In this document: positions 27,697 to 38,948 of the stretch, piece after piece
Layout of the letters: every line of letters begins with the position of its first letter
How positions within the stretch are numbered: position 1 is the stretch's first letter
Assembly: GCA_039818285.1 (NCBI GenBank)
Contig: JBCBUE010000028.1
Location: forward strand, 1 to 40,292
Direction: 5' to 3'
DNA length: 40,292 nucleotides
DNA from: Planctomycetota bacterium
GTDB taxonomy: Bacteria > Planctomycetota > Phycisphaerae > Phycisphaerales > Phycisphaeraceae
Notes under the pieces: model-generated
What the model was told of the DNA's origin: nothing
Seen by the model: the letters and a program-made list of their open reading frames with translations, nothing else
The model's database searches: none
Made by a program: the position numbers and the translations under genes

Positions 27697-28338
27697 ATGA
27701 CGCAAGCTCTTTCCAGGGACCGCGGCTTCTCGCTCATCGAGTTGCTGGTGGTCATCTCCATCATCGCGCTGCTGATCGGGATCCTGCTGCCGACGATCGC
27801 GGCGGTGCGGGCCCGGGCCACGGGCATCGCCTGCGCGAGCAACCTGCGACAGATCGGGCTGGGCTTTGAGATGTACCACGGGGACTACGACCAGACGTTC
27901 CCGCGGGCCAACTGGATGCCCGCCCCGTTCCGACCGCAGCAGACCGACCGTCGGGCGATCAACGAGGCCCTGGACGCTTACATCCCCCTGGACGATCGTC
28001 AGAGCCAGCGGGTGTACGAGTGCCCGGGCGACGACGTCGTGAGTGAGCTGACGGCCGCGGCGTCGGGCCGGGAGCACGGCGTGAGCTACTACTACCAGTC
28101 GCGGCTGGGCGGGCGGACGGCCGAGAGCACCTGGCTGGTGCGTCGGCTGGGGCTGACGGAGTCGGACGTCCTGGTGATGTCCGACCTGGACGGCAGCGAC
28201 TTCGTCTTCAACTTCGACGACGACATGGACGACACCGTCTGGGATACCGACGCCGGGACGATCGACGTCGGGTTCAATCACCTCAACCGAAACGCCCTGT
28301 ACGCCGACGGCCACGTGGCCTATGCGCTGGGCAACTGA
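27697..28338 (+). CDS. prepilin-type N-terminal cleavage/methylation domain protein (type II secretion pseudopilin-like, DUF1559)
   Basis: Leader MTQALSRDRG, then FSLIELLVVISIIALLIGILLP (G-1, E+5). The C-terminal FNHLNRNALYADGHV block is typical of Planctomycetes DUF1559 pseudopilins. Confidence 0.85.
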   Translation: MTQALSRDRGFSLIELLVVISIIALLIGILLPTIAAVRARATGIACASNLRQIGLGFEMYHGDYDQTFPRANWMPAPFRPQQTDRRAINEALDAYIPLDDRQSQRVYECPGDDVVSELTAAASGREHGVSYYYQSRLGGRTAESTWLVRRLGLTESDVLVMSDLDGSDFVFNFDDDMDDTVWDTDAGTIDVGFNHLNRNALYADGHVAYALGN

Positions 28339-28351
28339 CAAGGAAATCGAC

Positions 28352-29068
28352 ATGACCGGCAAGTCCAAGCGAGAGGCGGCCATGCGGGCCGAGCAGCGGG
28401 CCACGATGCGCAAGCGGCTGATGGCCGGCTGGCTGAGCGTGGTGGCGGCGGGCGTGCTGGTCGGCGGGGTGTACGTGTGGTGGGCGAACACGCCGCCGGG
28501 GCTGCCGGGCTCGCTGGACGAGGCGACGGCGGTGTACGCGAGCGTTCGGTACGCCAACCTGCCCGAGGGCCGCAAGGCCGACTACGCGCAGCGGACGCAG
28601 ACGCTGCTCAGCGAGGCCACCGAGGAGCAGCGGACGGCGTTCTTCGACGCGATGCGCGGCAACGAGGCGGCGCGGCGGTCGGCGTGGGACGCGCGTCGGG
28701 CGGCGATGGTGCAGCGGGCGCGGGCCTACGCCTTGGCCGACGAGACCGAGCGCCAGCGTTTGCTCGACGAGATGGCGGCCGAGTGGGCGGCGATGCGCGA
28801 GGCCATGCGTGCGGCCCGGGACGGCGGCGGCGATCGCGAGTCGATGAGCGAGGAAGAGCGTGAGCAGGCCCGCGAGCAGCGTCGACAGGACATGGTCCAG
28901 CGCATCGATGATTACGCGGCGACGGGCAACCCTCAGGACATGCGGTTGGTGCGCGACATGATGAGGGACATGCGTGAACGCTCCGGCGGCGGTGGAGAGG
29001 GGGGCCCGGGCGGCGGTGGGCCGGGTCGTGGCGGACCGGGCGGCGGAGGCGGGCCGGGTCGGGGGTGA
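28352..29068 (+). CDS. hypothetical single-pass membrane protein with Arg/Glu-rich coiled region and Gly-rich tail
   Basis: ATG at 28352 with an AAGGAAA SD. It has the TM helix LMAGWLSVVAAGVLVGGVYVWW, and the C-terminus is GGPGGGGPGRGG repeats. Confidence 0.5.
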   Translation: MTGKSKREAAMRAEQRATMRKRLMAGWLSVVAAGVLVGGVYVWWANTPPGLPGSLDEATAVYASVRYANLPEGRKADYAQRTQTLLSEATEEQRTAFFDAMRGNEAARRSAWDARRAAMVQRARAYALADETERQRLLDEMAAEWAAMREAMRAARDGGGDRESMSEEEREQAREQRRQDMVQRIDDYAATGNPQDMRLVRDMMRDMRERSGGGGEGGPGGGGPGRGGPGGGGGPGRG

Positions 29069-29169
29069 GCCGATCGATCGGCGACGTGCTGAGCGATGGG
29101 GGGCGTTGCCGCGTGGTTGAACGCCGCGGGGCTGCGTCGCTGCGCGAGGGCTGAAGTGGGCGATGCGGT

Positions 29170-31476
29170 TCAGGCCGACTCGGCGCGTTGCTCGGCCGGC
29201 CGGGGCGAGGCGGCGGGTTTGCCGGAGCGGCCGCCGTCGGGGTACTTGATGCGGGCGTGGTAGATGGCGTTGAGCGTCTTGGTGATCGAGGCCTCGACGC
29301 GGGAGAGTTCGGCGAGGGTGAGGTTGGCGTCGTCGAACTGGCCGTCCATGAGTCGCTTGTTGGCCTGGGAGTGGACGAGCTGCTCGATGCGGACGGGCGT
29401 GGGCTCGGGCAGGGCGCGGGCGGCGGCCTCGACGCCGTCGCAGAGGAGCATGATGGCGGCCTCGCGCGACTGGGGCTTGGGGCCGGGGTAGCGGAACTCG
29501 AACTCGGAGGGGGCGGACTGTTCCTCGGCCTCGGTCTTCTTCTTGGCGGCGTGGTAGAAGTATTCGACGAGGGTGGTGCCGTGGTGGGACTCGATGAAGT
29601 GACGGATCGCGCCGGGCAGGCCGTACTCGCGGGCCATTTCGATGCCGTCCTTGACGTGTCCAACGATGATGAGCAGGGACATGGCCGGCGAGAGCTTGGC
29701 GTGTCGGTTGGGGCCGCCGCCCTGGTTCTCGATGAAATAGGCGGGCTTGTTGATCTTGCCGATGTCGTGGTACATGGCGCCGACGCGGCAGAGCAGGCCG
29801 TTGGCGCCGATGGTGTCGGCGGCGGCCTCGGCCATGTCGGCGATGCGGAGCGAGTGGGCGTAGGTGCCGGGCGCCTCCTGGGCCATGCGTTGCAGCAGGG
29901 GGTTGGAGGCGTCGTTGAGCTCTCGGAGCGTCATGGCGGTGGTGACGTGGAAGAGCTTTTCGATGTAGGGGACGAGGCCCTGCATGATGAAGCCGGCGAC
30001 GAGGCCGGCCGCGCCCGCGGCGCCGGCGGCGGCGGCGATGGGCCAGAGGCGGTCGTTGAGGTAGAGGTCGGGGGAGGCGGCGTGGCCGAGGCCGGCGGCC
30101 AGGGCCATGCCGATGCCGGCGAAGAAGCCGGTGCGGACGAGGGTGGAGGTGGTGCGGACCTCGTCGAGCAGGGCGGCGACCACGCCGACGCCGATGAGCC
30201 CGACGAGGCAGTCGGCGGCGGGCTGCTCGAGCACGAGGGCGACGACGATCGCCTGGCTGGCGCCGATCGCCAGGGCGAAGCGCTGCTCGTAGACGACCGC
30301 GAGCGTCATCGCGACCAGCACCGTCGGCAGGGTCGACCACAGCAGCGCCATGTTGGGCATGGCCACGGAGGTGACGACCGCGAGGACGAGCATGCCGGTG
30401 GTGAGCAGCATGAACGCCAGCCCGCGCATCGGGTTCTCGGCGACGCGGGGGTTGAAGGCGAGGATATAGGCCCACTGGCCGATCGCGATGGACGCGAGCA
30501 GCGCCGTGATCGCCAGGATGGTGACGAGGTGGTTGGCGGCGGGGCGGGAGTCGTGGAAGGCGGCGCGCTCGCGGGCGAGCAGCTCGAGCTGGCGGGGGCC
30601 GATGCGCTCTCCAAGGGCGACGATGGTGTCGCCACGCTGGTAGATGTCGATGATCGGGTCGACGCCGTCGAAGAGGGCCTGCCGGCGCTGCGCGGTGGCG
30701 TCTGGGTCGGGCAGGTAGGTCGGCTGCAGGTCGGCGAGGACGACGCTGCGGACGACGGGGCGCAGCTCGCGCGGGTACGGGCCGAGCTCGCGGTCGATCT
30801 CGGCGGCGATGAGATCGACCTGATCGACCGGGAACAGCACGTTGGACCCACGCGTCAGCTCGGTCTGGTTGTCCCGAGGATCGGGGTGGAGGATTCGGAT
30901 CGTCGTGGTCTTGTCGGTGTCGAGGATGCGGTTCGCGTCGTGCGGGGGGACGATGGCGAGCTCGAAGAGTCGTTGCAAGAAATCGCGGGTGTTTCGTTCC
31001 CACTCGGGCGTGGGGACCCCGTCGCGAATCTGAGTGCGGAGGGCGGCGAATGCCTGTGGCGTCAGCGGCGAGCCATCGGGCAGGGTGACGTTGTCGATGG
31101 ATTCGGAGGTGCCGATGGTTTGGACGAAGTTGTAGAGCTTGGCATTGAGCTCCCGCAGGTACTCGGTGTTGGCGGTGAAGATCTCGGGGGCGCGGGCGGC
31201 CTGGCGTTGTCGGGCGTCGAGGGTGGCGGCCTGGTCGACGGCGGCGAACTCGACGCGGGCGACGATGGGCTGGTCGACGCGCTGGTCGAGGACGACGCGG
31301 GGCTGGCTCTGGGAATAGATCGAGACGGCGCCGCCGATGAGGGCGAAGAGGGTGGCGAACAGCGAGGCCCAGAGCACCTTGTGCTGCCTGAGGGTGGACG
31401 ACACGGCGGCCGTCTGCCGGGGCATGTGACGGCGGATCTCGCGTCGTCGGGCGGAGGTGGGTTTGCTCTGGGCCAT
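29170..31476 (-). CDS. 7TM receptor with intracellular HDIG phosphohydrolase domain (PgpH/YqfF-like; candidate cyclic-di-AMP phosphodiesterase)
   Basis: 768 aa. It has an N-terminal extracellular domain, a 7-helix hydrophobic core, and a C-terminal HD domain with HSLRIADMAE...MYHDIGKINKP (HDIG signature). Confidence 0.88.
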   Translation of the reverse strand: MAQSKPTSARRREIRRHMPRQTAAVSSTLRQHKVLWASLFATLFALIGGAVSIYSQSQPRVVLDQRVDQPIVARVEFAAVDQAATLDARQRQAARAPEIFTANTEYLRELNAKLYNFVQTIGTSESIDNVTLPDGSPLTPQAFAALRTQIRDGVPTPEWERNTRDFLQRLFELAIVPPHDANRILDTDKTTTIRILHPDPRDNQTELTRGSNVLFPVDQVDLIAAEIDRELGPYPRELRPVVRSVVLADLQPTYLPDPDATAQRRQALFDGVDPIIDIYQRGDTIVALGERIGPRQLELLARERAAFHDSRPAANHLVTILAITALLASIAIGQWAYILAFNPRVAENPMRGLAFMLLTTGMLVLAVVTSVAMPNMALLWSTLPTVLVAMTLAVVYEQRFALAIGASQAIVVALVLEQPAADCLVGLIGVGVVAALLDEVRTTSTLVRTGFFAGIGMALAAGLGHAASPDLYLNDRLWPIAAAAGAAGAAGLVAGFIMQGLVPYIEKLFHVTTAMTLRELNDASNPLLQRMAQEAPGTYAHSLRIADMAEAAADTIGANGLLCRVGAMYHDIGKINKPAYFIENQGGGPNRHAKLSPAMSLLIIVGHVKDGIEMAREYGLPGAIRHFIESHHGTTLVEYFYHAAKKKTEAEEQSAPSEFEFRYPGPKPQSREAAIMLLCDGVEAAARALPEPTPVRIEQLVHSQANKRLMDGQFDDANLTLAELSRVEASITKTLNAIYHARIKYPDGGRSGKPAASPRPAEQRAESA

Positions 31477-31600
31477 GGGTCGCGGCGAGGGGTCGGCCGG
31501 GAGGGTCGGTCCTGCCTCTAGCTATCGGCGTGTCAGGCCGGGGGCGATGCCGGCGAGTGTAGCCGGGCGGGCGAGCCCGATAAAGGTGTTCGCCGCGCGG

Positions 31601-32299
31601 TCATGGGTCGGTCTGCCGGACGCGGTCGAGCAGTTCGTCGGGCAGGCCGATGTCGGCGACGACGAGGTCGCCGACGTGCTTGGCCGCGGCGTCGGCGATG
31701 AGGCCGGGCTTGGCGGCGGCGAAGGTGATGGTCAGGTCGGCGTGGACGGTCGTGGCGGCGGGTCGGCCGGTGTCGACGTCGATCCCCGAGGGGCAGTCGA
31801 TCGCGGCGACGACGTCGGCGTGCTCGGCGGCGTTGACGGCCTCGATCCAGGCGTCCATCGGCGAGCGGACGGTGTCGCTGGCAAAGCCGGTCCCCAGCAG
31901 GGAGTCGACCAGCAGGTGGGCCCGGTCCCAGGCGGCGGGGTCGGGGTCGAACGCGATCGGCAGGCCGAGGTTGCGGCAGGCCAGGGCGTTGATCGCGGCG
32001 TCGCCGGCGAGTTCTTCGAGGGGGCGGACGGCGTAGAGGCGGACGGCGGCGCCCCAGCCGTGCAGGTGGCGAGCGATGGCGAACCCGTCGCCGCCGTTGT
32101 TTCCCGGCCCGCAGGCGACGCAGGCGGAGACGTCGGCGGGAGCGAGGTCCAGCCGGGCGTCGAGGGCGTCGAGCAGGACGGCGGTGGCGTTGATGGCGGC
32201 GTTTTCCATCAGGACGACGCCCGGGATGCCGATGACGTCAATAGCCAGGCGGTCCAGGGCTCGGGCCTGGTCGCGGGTGAGGCAGCGTGGTTCATTCAT
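31601..32299 (-). CDS. nnrE: NAD(P)H-hydrate epimerase (YjeF N-terminal domain)
   Basis: Start at Met14 of the track ORF (MNEPRCLTRDQARALDRLAIDVIGIPGVVLMENAA). It carries the GPGNNGGDG motif. Confidence 0.8.
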   Translation of the reverse strand: MNEPRCLTRDQARALDRLAIDVIGIPGVVLMENAAINATAVLLDALDARLDLAPADVSACVACGPGNNGGDGFAIARHLHGWGAAVRLYAVRPLEELAGDAAINALACRNLGLPIAFDPDPAAWDRAHLLVDSLLGTGFASDTVRSPMDAWIEAVNAAEHADVVAAIDCPSGIDVDTGRPAATTVHADLTITFAAAKPGLIADAAAKHVGDLVVADIGLPDELLDRVRQTDP

Positions 32300-32346
32300 G
32301 CGGCGTGAATCCCCTGATCGTCCTAGACTGTGGTGCAAGGAGCGTC

Positions 32347-32850
32347 ATGCGTCTGGATCTTAAAGACCATAAAGGTGATTCGGCGATCAATGTGAGCGTC
32401 AAGGTGGAAGACCCGCCGACGGTCGTGGGGCCGACGCAGACCACGCCCAACCGGGTGAGCCTGGACTGGGACCGGGCGTTGGACGACGCGGGGAACCTGC
32501 GTCACTGCCCGGTGTGCGGGTGCCCCGACCTGTACTCGAGCAAGGCGGTGCCGCAGGTCACGGGGTTTGTGGTGCTGGCGGGGGCGGCGGTGCTGGCGGT
32601 GCTGCTTGCGGGGCTGGGGCAGCTGGTGATCGGGCTGACCGCGTTCGTCACGCTGTTGGTGGTGGACATCGTGATCCTGATCTCGAGCCGGCGCCGACTG
32701 ACCTGCTACCAGTGCGGGACCGATTTCACGGGGATCCCGGTGGCCAAGGGCCACCCGCGCTGGAGCGCGAGGCTGGACGAGAAGTACAAGCCCGTTCGTC
32801 GGCCCGGCGTGCCGCGGACGGTGCGGGGGCGGTCGGTCAGCCACGCCTGA
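32347..32850 (+). CDS. zinc-ribbon membrane protein (CPVCGCP...CYQCG), function unknown
   Basis: ATG at 32347 with an AAGGAG SD. Two CxxC pairs flank two TM helices. It is divergent from nnrE. Confidence 0.55.
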   Translation: MRLDLKDHKGDSAINVSVKVEDPPTVVGPTQTTPNRVSLDWDRALDDAGNLRHCPVCGCPDLYSSKAVPQVTGFVVLAGAAVLAVLLAGLGQLVIGLTAFVTLLVVDIVILISSRRRLTCYQCGTDFTGIPVAKGHPRWSARLDEKYKPVRRPGVPRTVRGRSVSHA

Positions 32851-32864
32851 GCGTCGGCCAGGGG

Positions 32865-33343
32865 TCACGGGGCGGGGATCAGCAGCACGACGCAGTGGCA
32901 AGCGATCGCGCGGTTCTCGCCGAGGGCGTCGACCTTCTCGTGCGTCTTGCCCTTGAGGTTGATGTCGGCGAGATCGGCGTCGAGCAGCTCGGCGAGGTTG
33001 GCCTTCATCGCCGCCTTGTGCGGGCTGAGCTTGGGGCGCTGAAGGATGACGGTGATATCCAGGTTGCCGATCGCGTAGCCGGCTTCGTGCATCCGGCGGG
33101 CCGCTTCCTCGACGAAGGCGTGTGAGTCGGCGCCCTTCCACTTGGGGTCGTTGTCGGGGAAGAGCTGGCCGATGTCGTCCTGCGCGAGTGCGCCGAGGAT
33201 GGCGTCGGTCACGGCGTGATAGACGACGTCGCCGTCCGAGTGCGCATCGCAGCCGCGGTCGTGCTCGAGCTTCTCGCCGCACACGATCAAGTCGTGGCCG
33301 GGTTCAAGCCGGTGAAGATCAAAGCCGTGGCCGACTCGAGGGT

Positions 33344-33347
<4 letters not shown>
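32865..33347 (-). CDS. ispF: 2-C-methyl-D-erythritol 2,4-cyclodiphosphate synthase
   Basis: GHGFDLHRL, SDGDVVYHAVTDAILGA and NLDITVILQRPKL motifs; 160 aa. Its GTG start overlaps the stop of the upstream regulator (GTGA). Confidence 0.92.
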
Positions 33348-34720
<1,373 letters not shown>

Positions 34721-34767
34721 AAGCGGGGCGGTCGGCGGGCCGGCGCGGGGGGCGAGTATAGTGCGGT

Positions 34768-35652
34768 GTGATCGGTCAAACCGAGTTGAGCGATGGGGTT
34801 GGGGCCGAGGCGGGGCGGACGGTGGCGTGCGTGTCGTACCTGAACGCCAAGCCGCTGATCGACGATGCTCGCGGGCGATTTGGCGAAGCGGCGGGCGCGG
34901 GGGCGGTGCGGGTGACTTACGACGTGCCGGCGGCGATCCCGGGGTACGTGCAGCGGGGCGAGGCGGCGATGGGGCTGGTGCCGGTGGCGGACCTGTTGAG
35001 GGACGGGGCGAGGCTGGAGGCGTGGCCGGTCGGGGGGATCGCCTGTGACGGGCCGACGCTGACGGTGCGGCTGTTTTGTCGGTGCGAGAAGGAGTCGGTG
35101 CGGACGATCGCGGCCGACGGGGACAGCCACACGTCGGTGGTGCTGGCGCGGCTCCTGGTCGGGCGATGGGCGGGGGCGTTGCCGCGGGTGGAGCGGGTGA
35201 GCTGGTCGGGGGTGGCGGACGGAGCAAGCGCGGCGGAGGCGGACGCGTTGCTGTTGATCGGGGACAAGGTGGTGACGGCGTCGCCGCCGCGGTGGGTGTA
35301 TCCCCATCAGGTGGATTTGGGCGCGGCGTGGCGGGCGTGGACGGGGCTGCCGTTTGTCTTCGCGGCGTGGGCGGGGCGGATCGGCGAGCCGGTCGACGCG
35401 ATCGCGGAGCGGCTGGCGGCGGTGCGGGAGGACAATGTCGATCGGCGCGCGTCGTTGGCCGTCGAACACGCGGCGACGCACGGCTGGCCGGTTGAGCTGG
35501 CGGTCGAGTATCTGACGCGCGTGCTGCGCTACGAGCTGGGTGAGCGGGAGCTGGCGGGCCTGGCGCGGTTTGCGAGCGAGTCGGCGTCGGCGGGGCTGGT
35601 CGATGTGGGTGTGGCGCCGGTGCGGGCGATGGCGGGGTCGGGGCCGCGATGA
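34768..35652 (+). CDS. mqnA: chorismate dehydratase MqnA-like (futalosine-pathway menaquinone biosynthesis; DUF178/periplasmic-binding-like fold)
   Basis: VACVSYLNAKPL near the N-terminus and overall MqnA/MqnD-family pattern. GTG start at 34768; the exact start is uncertain. Confidence 0.7.
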   Translation: MIGQTELSDGVGAEAGRTVACVSYLNAKPLIDDARGRFGEAAGAGAVRVTYDVPAAIPGYVQRGEAAMGLVPVADLLRDGARLEAWPVGGIACDGPTLTVRLFCRCEKESVRTIAADGDSHTSVVLARLLVGRWAGALPRVERVSWSGVADGASAAEADALLLIGDKVVTASPPRWVYPHQVDLGAAWRAWTGLPFVFAAWAGRIGEPVDAIAERLAAVREDNVDRRASLAVEHAATHGWPVELAVEYLTRVLRYELGERELAGLARFASESASAGLVDVGVAPVRAMAGSGPR

Positions 35653-37163
35653 GTCGCACGTGGGGACAACCGTTTCACACCGAGGCGATGGCCGACCTGA
35701 CGCGGCAGCTCGGCTTTGCGCCGGCAACGCAGCGGCAGCGGCAGGTCGAGGCGGCGGAGCGGCTGCACGACGAGCTCGAGGCCGAGACGACGTACCCGAT
35801 GTCGTTCCTGGTGTATCGCGTGACGGGGACGCGGCGATCGGCCAAGCTGGACGAGCTGTTGATCGTTGGTCGCTCGGCGGCGCACGACCTGCGGCTGCTG
35901 ATCGATCGGCTGAGCCGGACCGTGTCGCTCGGCGAGCCGCGGGGCGGGGCGGTTTCGCCGAAGGACCTGGCGGCGGAGTTGGGGACGAGCCTGAAGACGA
36001 TCACGCGCTGGCGTTCGGGCGGGCTGCGTTGGCGGTGGATGCCGGGCGAAGGGGGCGAGCGACACCGCGTGATGATCTGCCGATCGGCGGTCGAGGCGTA
36101 CACGCGCCGCGTGGGAAGCGAGCGGGTGTCGCGGGCCGCGTCGTTCACGCGCACCGAGCCGGCGACGGTCAGACGCATCCTCGCCGACGCCCGCCGCCTC
36201 GCGCGTCGGCGCGCCGCCACGCTCAACCAGGTCGCGGCTCGCGTCGCCGAACTCCACGGCCGGGGGCTGGAGACCGTCCGGCAGATCATTCAACGCCACG
36301 ACCGCGAGCGCCCCGACGAAGCGATCTTCCCCGACCGTCAGGGCCCGCTCACCGACCGCCAGCGGCGGGTGATCGAGCGGGCGCACGGCATGGGGATCGA
36401 GGCGGCGCGGATCGCCGAGCGCTACGGTCGATCGCTGTCGACGGTGTACCGCGTCCTGGCCGAGCTGCGTGTCGATCGGTTGCGGGAACGGCCGATCGCG
36501 TGGGTCGATCTGGCCGTGTTCGACCGGCCGGACGCCGAGGCGGTGATCCTGCGTCAGCCATTCCACGCGGTCGACTGGACGGCCGGCCGACCGCCGATCC
36601 GTCCCGAGGAAGACGGCCTGCCGGATTGGCTGGTCGAGGCGGCGACGCGGCCGACGCTCACCGCCGACGACTGCCGCTCGTTGCTGGTGCGGATGAATTA
36701 TCTCAGGCGTCACGCCGCCGAGCTGCGCGACGCCTTGCCGCCGCGCGAGCCGGGCAAGCGGGCGATGGATCGCGTCGAGGGCTGGCTGGACGAGGCCGAC
36801 GCGGTCGCTCGTCTCGTGTATGCGTCGCACCTGCCTCGCCTGCTCGCGATCGCGCGGCGCCAGTGGCAGAGTCAGGCATCGGCCGGCGCGGGCTACCTGG
36901 TGCAGTGGGTGGCGTTGGGTGCCCCCGTGTTGCAGGACGCCATCGCGACGCACAACCCCAGCCGGACGCAGCCGTTCGACGCGTACTTCGTCAACCGTCT
37001 GCTGCAGGCTTACGCCAGGCCGACGTCGGGCCGGGCCGCCAGCGCCAAGCAGCGGCGTCGCGCCGAGACCGAGCTCGGCGATCGTCTCGCGTCGATGGGG
37101 CTGATGACCGAGGCCTCGTTCCCGCCATCAGGGCGCCGCGCGGCAAGCCTGACGGCTTCGTGA
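35649..37163 (+). CDS. multi-HTH sigma-70-like protein (region-4-like HTH followed by region-2-like segment), function unknown
   Basis: Its ATG overlaps the mqnA stop (ATGA). Residues ~245-290 (LTDRQRRVIERAHGMGIEAARIAERYGRSLSTVYRVLAEL) match sigma70 region 4. Residues ~385-460 (LVYASHLPRLLAIARRQWQ...YLVQWVALGAPVLQDAIATHNPSRTQPFDAYFVNRLLQAY) match ECF-type region 2. Two further HTH-like segments are N-terminal. Confidence 0.6.
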   Translation: MSRTWGQPFHTEAMADLTRQLGFAPATQRQRQVEAAERLHDELEAETTYPMSFLVYRVTGTRRSAKLDELLIVGRSAAHDLRLLIDRLSRTVSLGEPRGGAVSPKDLAAELGTSLKTITRWRSGGLRWRWMPGEGGERHRVMICRSAVEAYTRRVGSERVSRAASFTRTEPATVRRILADARRLARRRAATLNQVAARVAELHGRGLETVRQIIQRHDRERPDEAIFPDRQGPLTDRQRRVIERAHGMGIEAARIAERYGRSLSTVYRVLAELRVDRLRERPIAWVDLAVFDRPDAEAVILRQPFHAVDWTAGRPPIRPEEDGLPDWLVEAATRPTLTADDCRSLLVRMNYLRRHAAELRDALPPREPGKRAMDRVEGWLDEADAVARLVYASHLPRLLAIARRQWQSQASAGAGYLVQWVALGAPVLQDAIATHNPSRTQPFDAYFVNRLLQAYARPTSGRAASAKQRRRAETELGDRLASMGLMTEASFPPSGRRAASLTAS

Positions 37164-37170
37164 GATCGCC

Positions 37171-37557
37171 TCACGCCACGGACTGCGCCCGTCGACGCAG
37201 CGCCTCGATCAGCTCGGGCAGCTTGGCGTGGAACGCGCCGCGCGTCAGCACCGGGTCGGCGCCCGCCTCGCCCGCGGCGCTCAGCGCATCGACCTCGACG
37301 TGCGGGCCGAAAGCCACGATGGCCAGCGTCGCGTCGTGCGCCCGTGCCGCGGCGATCAGCTCGTTCACCCACGGCTCGCCGTCGACCTCCACGATCATCG
37401 ACGTCACCGCGTCGTTCGCCTTGCCGTCGTCGACCCGGTCCAGCCGCTTGCGCAGCATCTCCATCGACCGCACCGGCCGGGCCGCCAGCCCCGCGTCTTC
37501 CGCCGCGGCGCGCACGCGAGTACCGAACAACAGGTCCGCACACCGATATACCAGCAT
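37171..37557 (-). CDS. hypothetical small protein, possibly a degenerate receiver-like (CheY-fold) domain
   Basis: 128 aa with alternating beta/alpha periodicity reminiscent of a receiver (MLVYRCADLL..., MIVEVDGEP, LAIVAFG). No confident family assignment. Confidence 0.45.
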   Translation of the reverse strand: MLVYRCADLLFGTRVRAAAEDAGLAARPVRSMEMLRKRLDRVDDGKANDAVTSMIVEVDGEPWVNELIAAARAHDATLAIVAFGPHVEVDALSAAGEAGADPVLTRGAFHAKLPELIEALRRRAQSVA

Positions 37558-37643
37558 GCCGGAAGCATACCCCGACCCCGAGCGTTAGCCTCTGACACGG
37601 CTCATTCATCGTTCCACCCCCATCACCGCAAGTTCCCTTCGCC

Positions 37644-38948
37644 ATGGCCGACTCACCGCAAAACGTGCTCAACGAGCTGGGCTTTCGCTACGACCCCGAA
37701 GACCTCTATCAGGGCGTGATCAACACCGTCCTGGCCGCGGCTCAGACCATCCAGACCCCGCGTCACCTGCAGCTGTTGATGGCCCAGCCCAAGAACGAGG
37801 TCATCGTTCATTTCCCGGTCCGCATGGACGATGGCGAGTACCGGTTGTTCAAGGGCTATCGGGTCCAGCACAACAACATTCTCGGGCCTTACAAGGGTGG
37901 CATCCGTTACCACGCGTCGGTGTCGCTGGACCACGTCAAAGCCCTGGCCGTGCTGATGACGCTCAAGTGCTCGCTGGTCAGGCTGCCGCTGGGCGGGGCC
38001 AAGGGCGGGCTGCAGGTCGACCCGTACGCGCTGTCGCCCGACGAGCTGCGACGCGTCACGCGCCGGTTCACCGCGGCGCTGGGCTCGAACATCGGCCCCG
38101 AGCACGACATCCCCGCGCCCGACGTCGGCACCAACGCGCAGATCATGGCCTGGATCGCCGACACCTACATGAACTTCGCCGGCCCCGACCAGCGCTGGGG
38201 CGGCCGCGCCGTCGTCACCGGCAAGCCGCTGGAGTTCGGCGGCTGCCTCGGCCGCGACAAGGCGACCGGCCAGGGCTTGGTCTTCGCGCTCGAAGAGCTG
38301 CTGCCCGAGCTCGGCATCGATCTTGAGAACATGCGCTTCAGCCTCGTCGGGTTCGGCAACGTTGGGTCCTGGACCGGCCGGCTGCTGACCGAGCTGGGCG
38401 CCAAGCTCGTCGCCGTCCTGGACCACAGCGGCGCGATCTACAACGACGAAGGGCTGCACGCCGTCGACCTCACCGAGTACGCCTCGTGCCACAACGGGGT
38501 CATCGGCTTCGACGAGGGCGAGACCATCAGCGCCGAAGAGTTCTACAAGCTGAAGGTGGACGTGTTCGTCCCCGCCGCGCTCGAGCAGATGATCGACGAG
38601 GAGAAGGCCGGCTGGATCGACGCCAAGGTCGTCGCCGAGGGCGCGAACGCGCCGACCACGCCCGAGGGCCAGCGGGTGCTTCAAGAAAAGGGCGTGTCCA
38701 TCCTGCCGGCCGTGTTGTGCAACGCGGGCGGCGTGACGGTGAGCTACTTCGAGTGGCGTCAGAACCGCCAGGCGGTGACGTGGCCGGCTCACCGCGTGGA
38801 CGAAGAGCTGAGGACGCAGATCCAGACGGCGGCGAAGCGCACGCGGGTCGCGGCCCACCGTTACAACTGCGATCTGCGCACCGCGGCGTACTGCGCGGCG
38901 TTGGATAATCTGGCGTGCGTGTATTCGATGCGCGGCATCTTCCCTTGA
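37644..38948 (+). CDS. gdhA: NAD(P)-specific glutamate dehydrogenase
   Basis: GPYKGGIRYH, LPLGGAKGG and GFGNVGSW (Rossmann) motifs; 434 aa. Confidence 0.92.
   Translation: MADSPQNVLNELGFRYDPEDLYQGVINTVLAAAQTIQTPRHLQLLMAQPKNEVIVHFPVRMDDGEYRLFKGYRVQHNNILGPYKGGIRYHASVSLDHVKALAVLMTLKCSLVRLPLGGAKGGLQVDPYALSPDELRRVTRRFTAALGSNIGPEHDIPAPDVGTNAQIMAWIADTYMNFAGPDQRWGGRAVVTGKPLEFGGCLGRDKATGQGLVFALEELLPELGIDLENMRFSLVGFGNVGSWTGRLLTELGAKLVAVLDHSGAIYNDEGLHAVDLTEYASCHNGVIGFDEGETISAEEFYKLKVDVFVPAALEQMIDEEKAGWIDAKVVAEGANAPTTPEGQRVLQEKGVSILPAVLCNAGGVTVSYFEWRQNRQAVTWPAHRVDEELRTQIQTAAKRTRVAAHRYNCDLRTAAYCAALDNLACVYSMRGIFP

Noticed and set aside
31457-32308. 283-aa plus-strand ORF overlapping nnrE
   Set aside because: It is antisense to a well-supported YjeF_N gene and has Gly/Asp/Val-rich GC-artefact composition.
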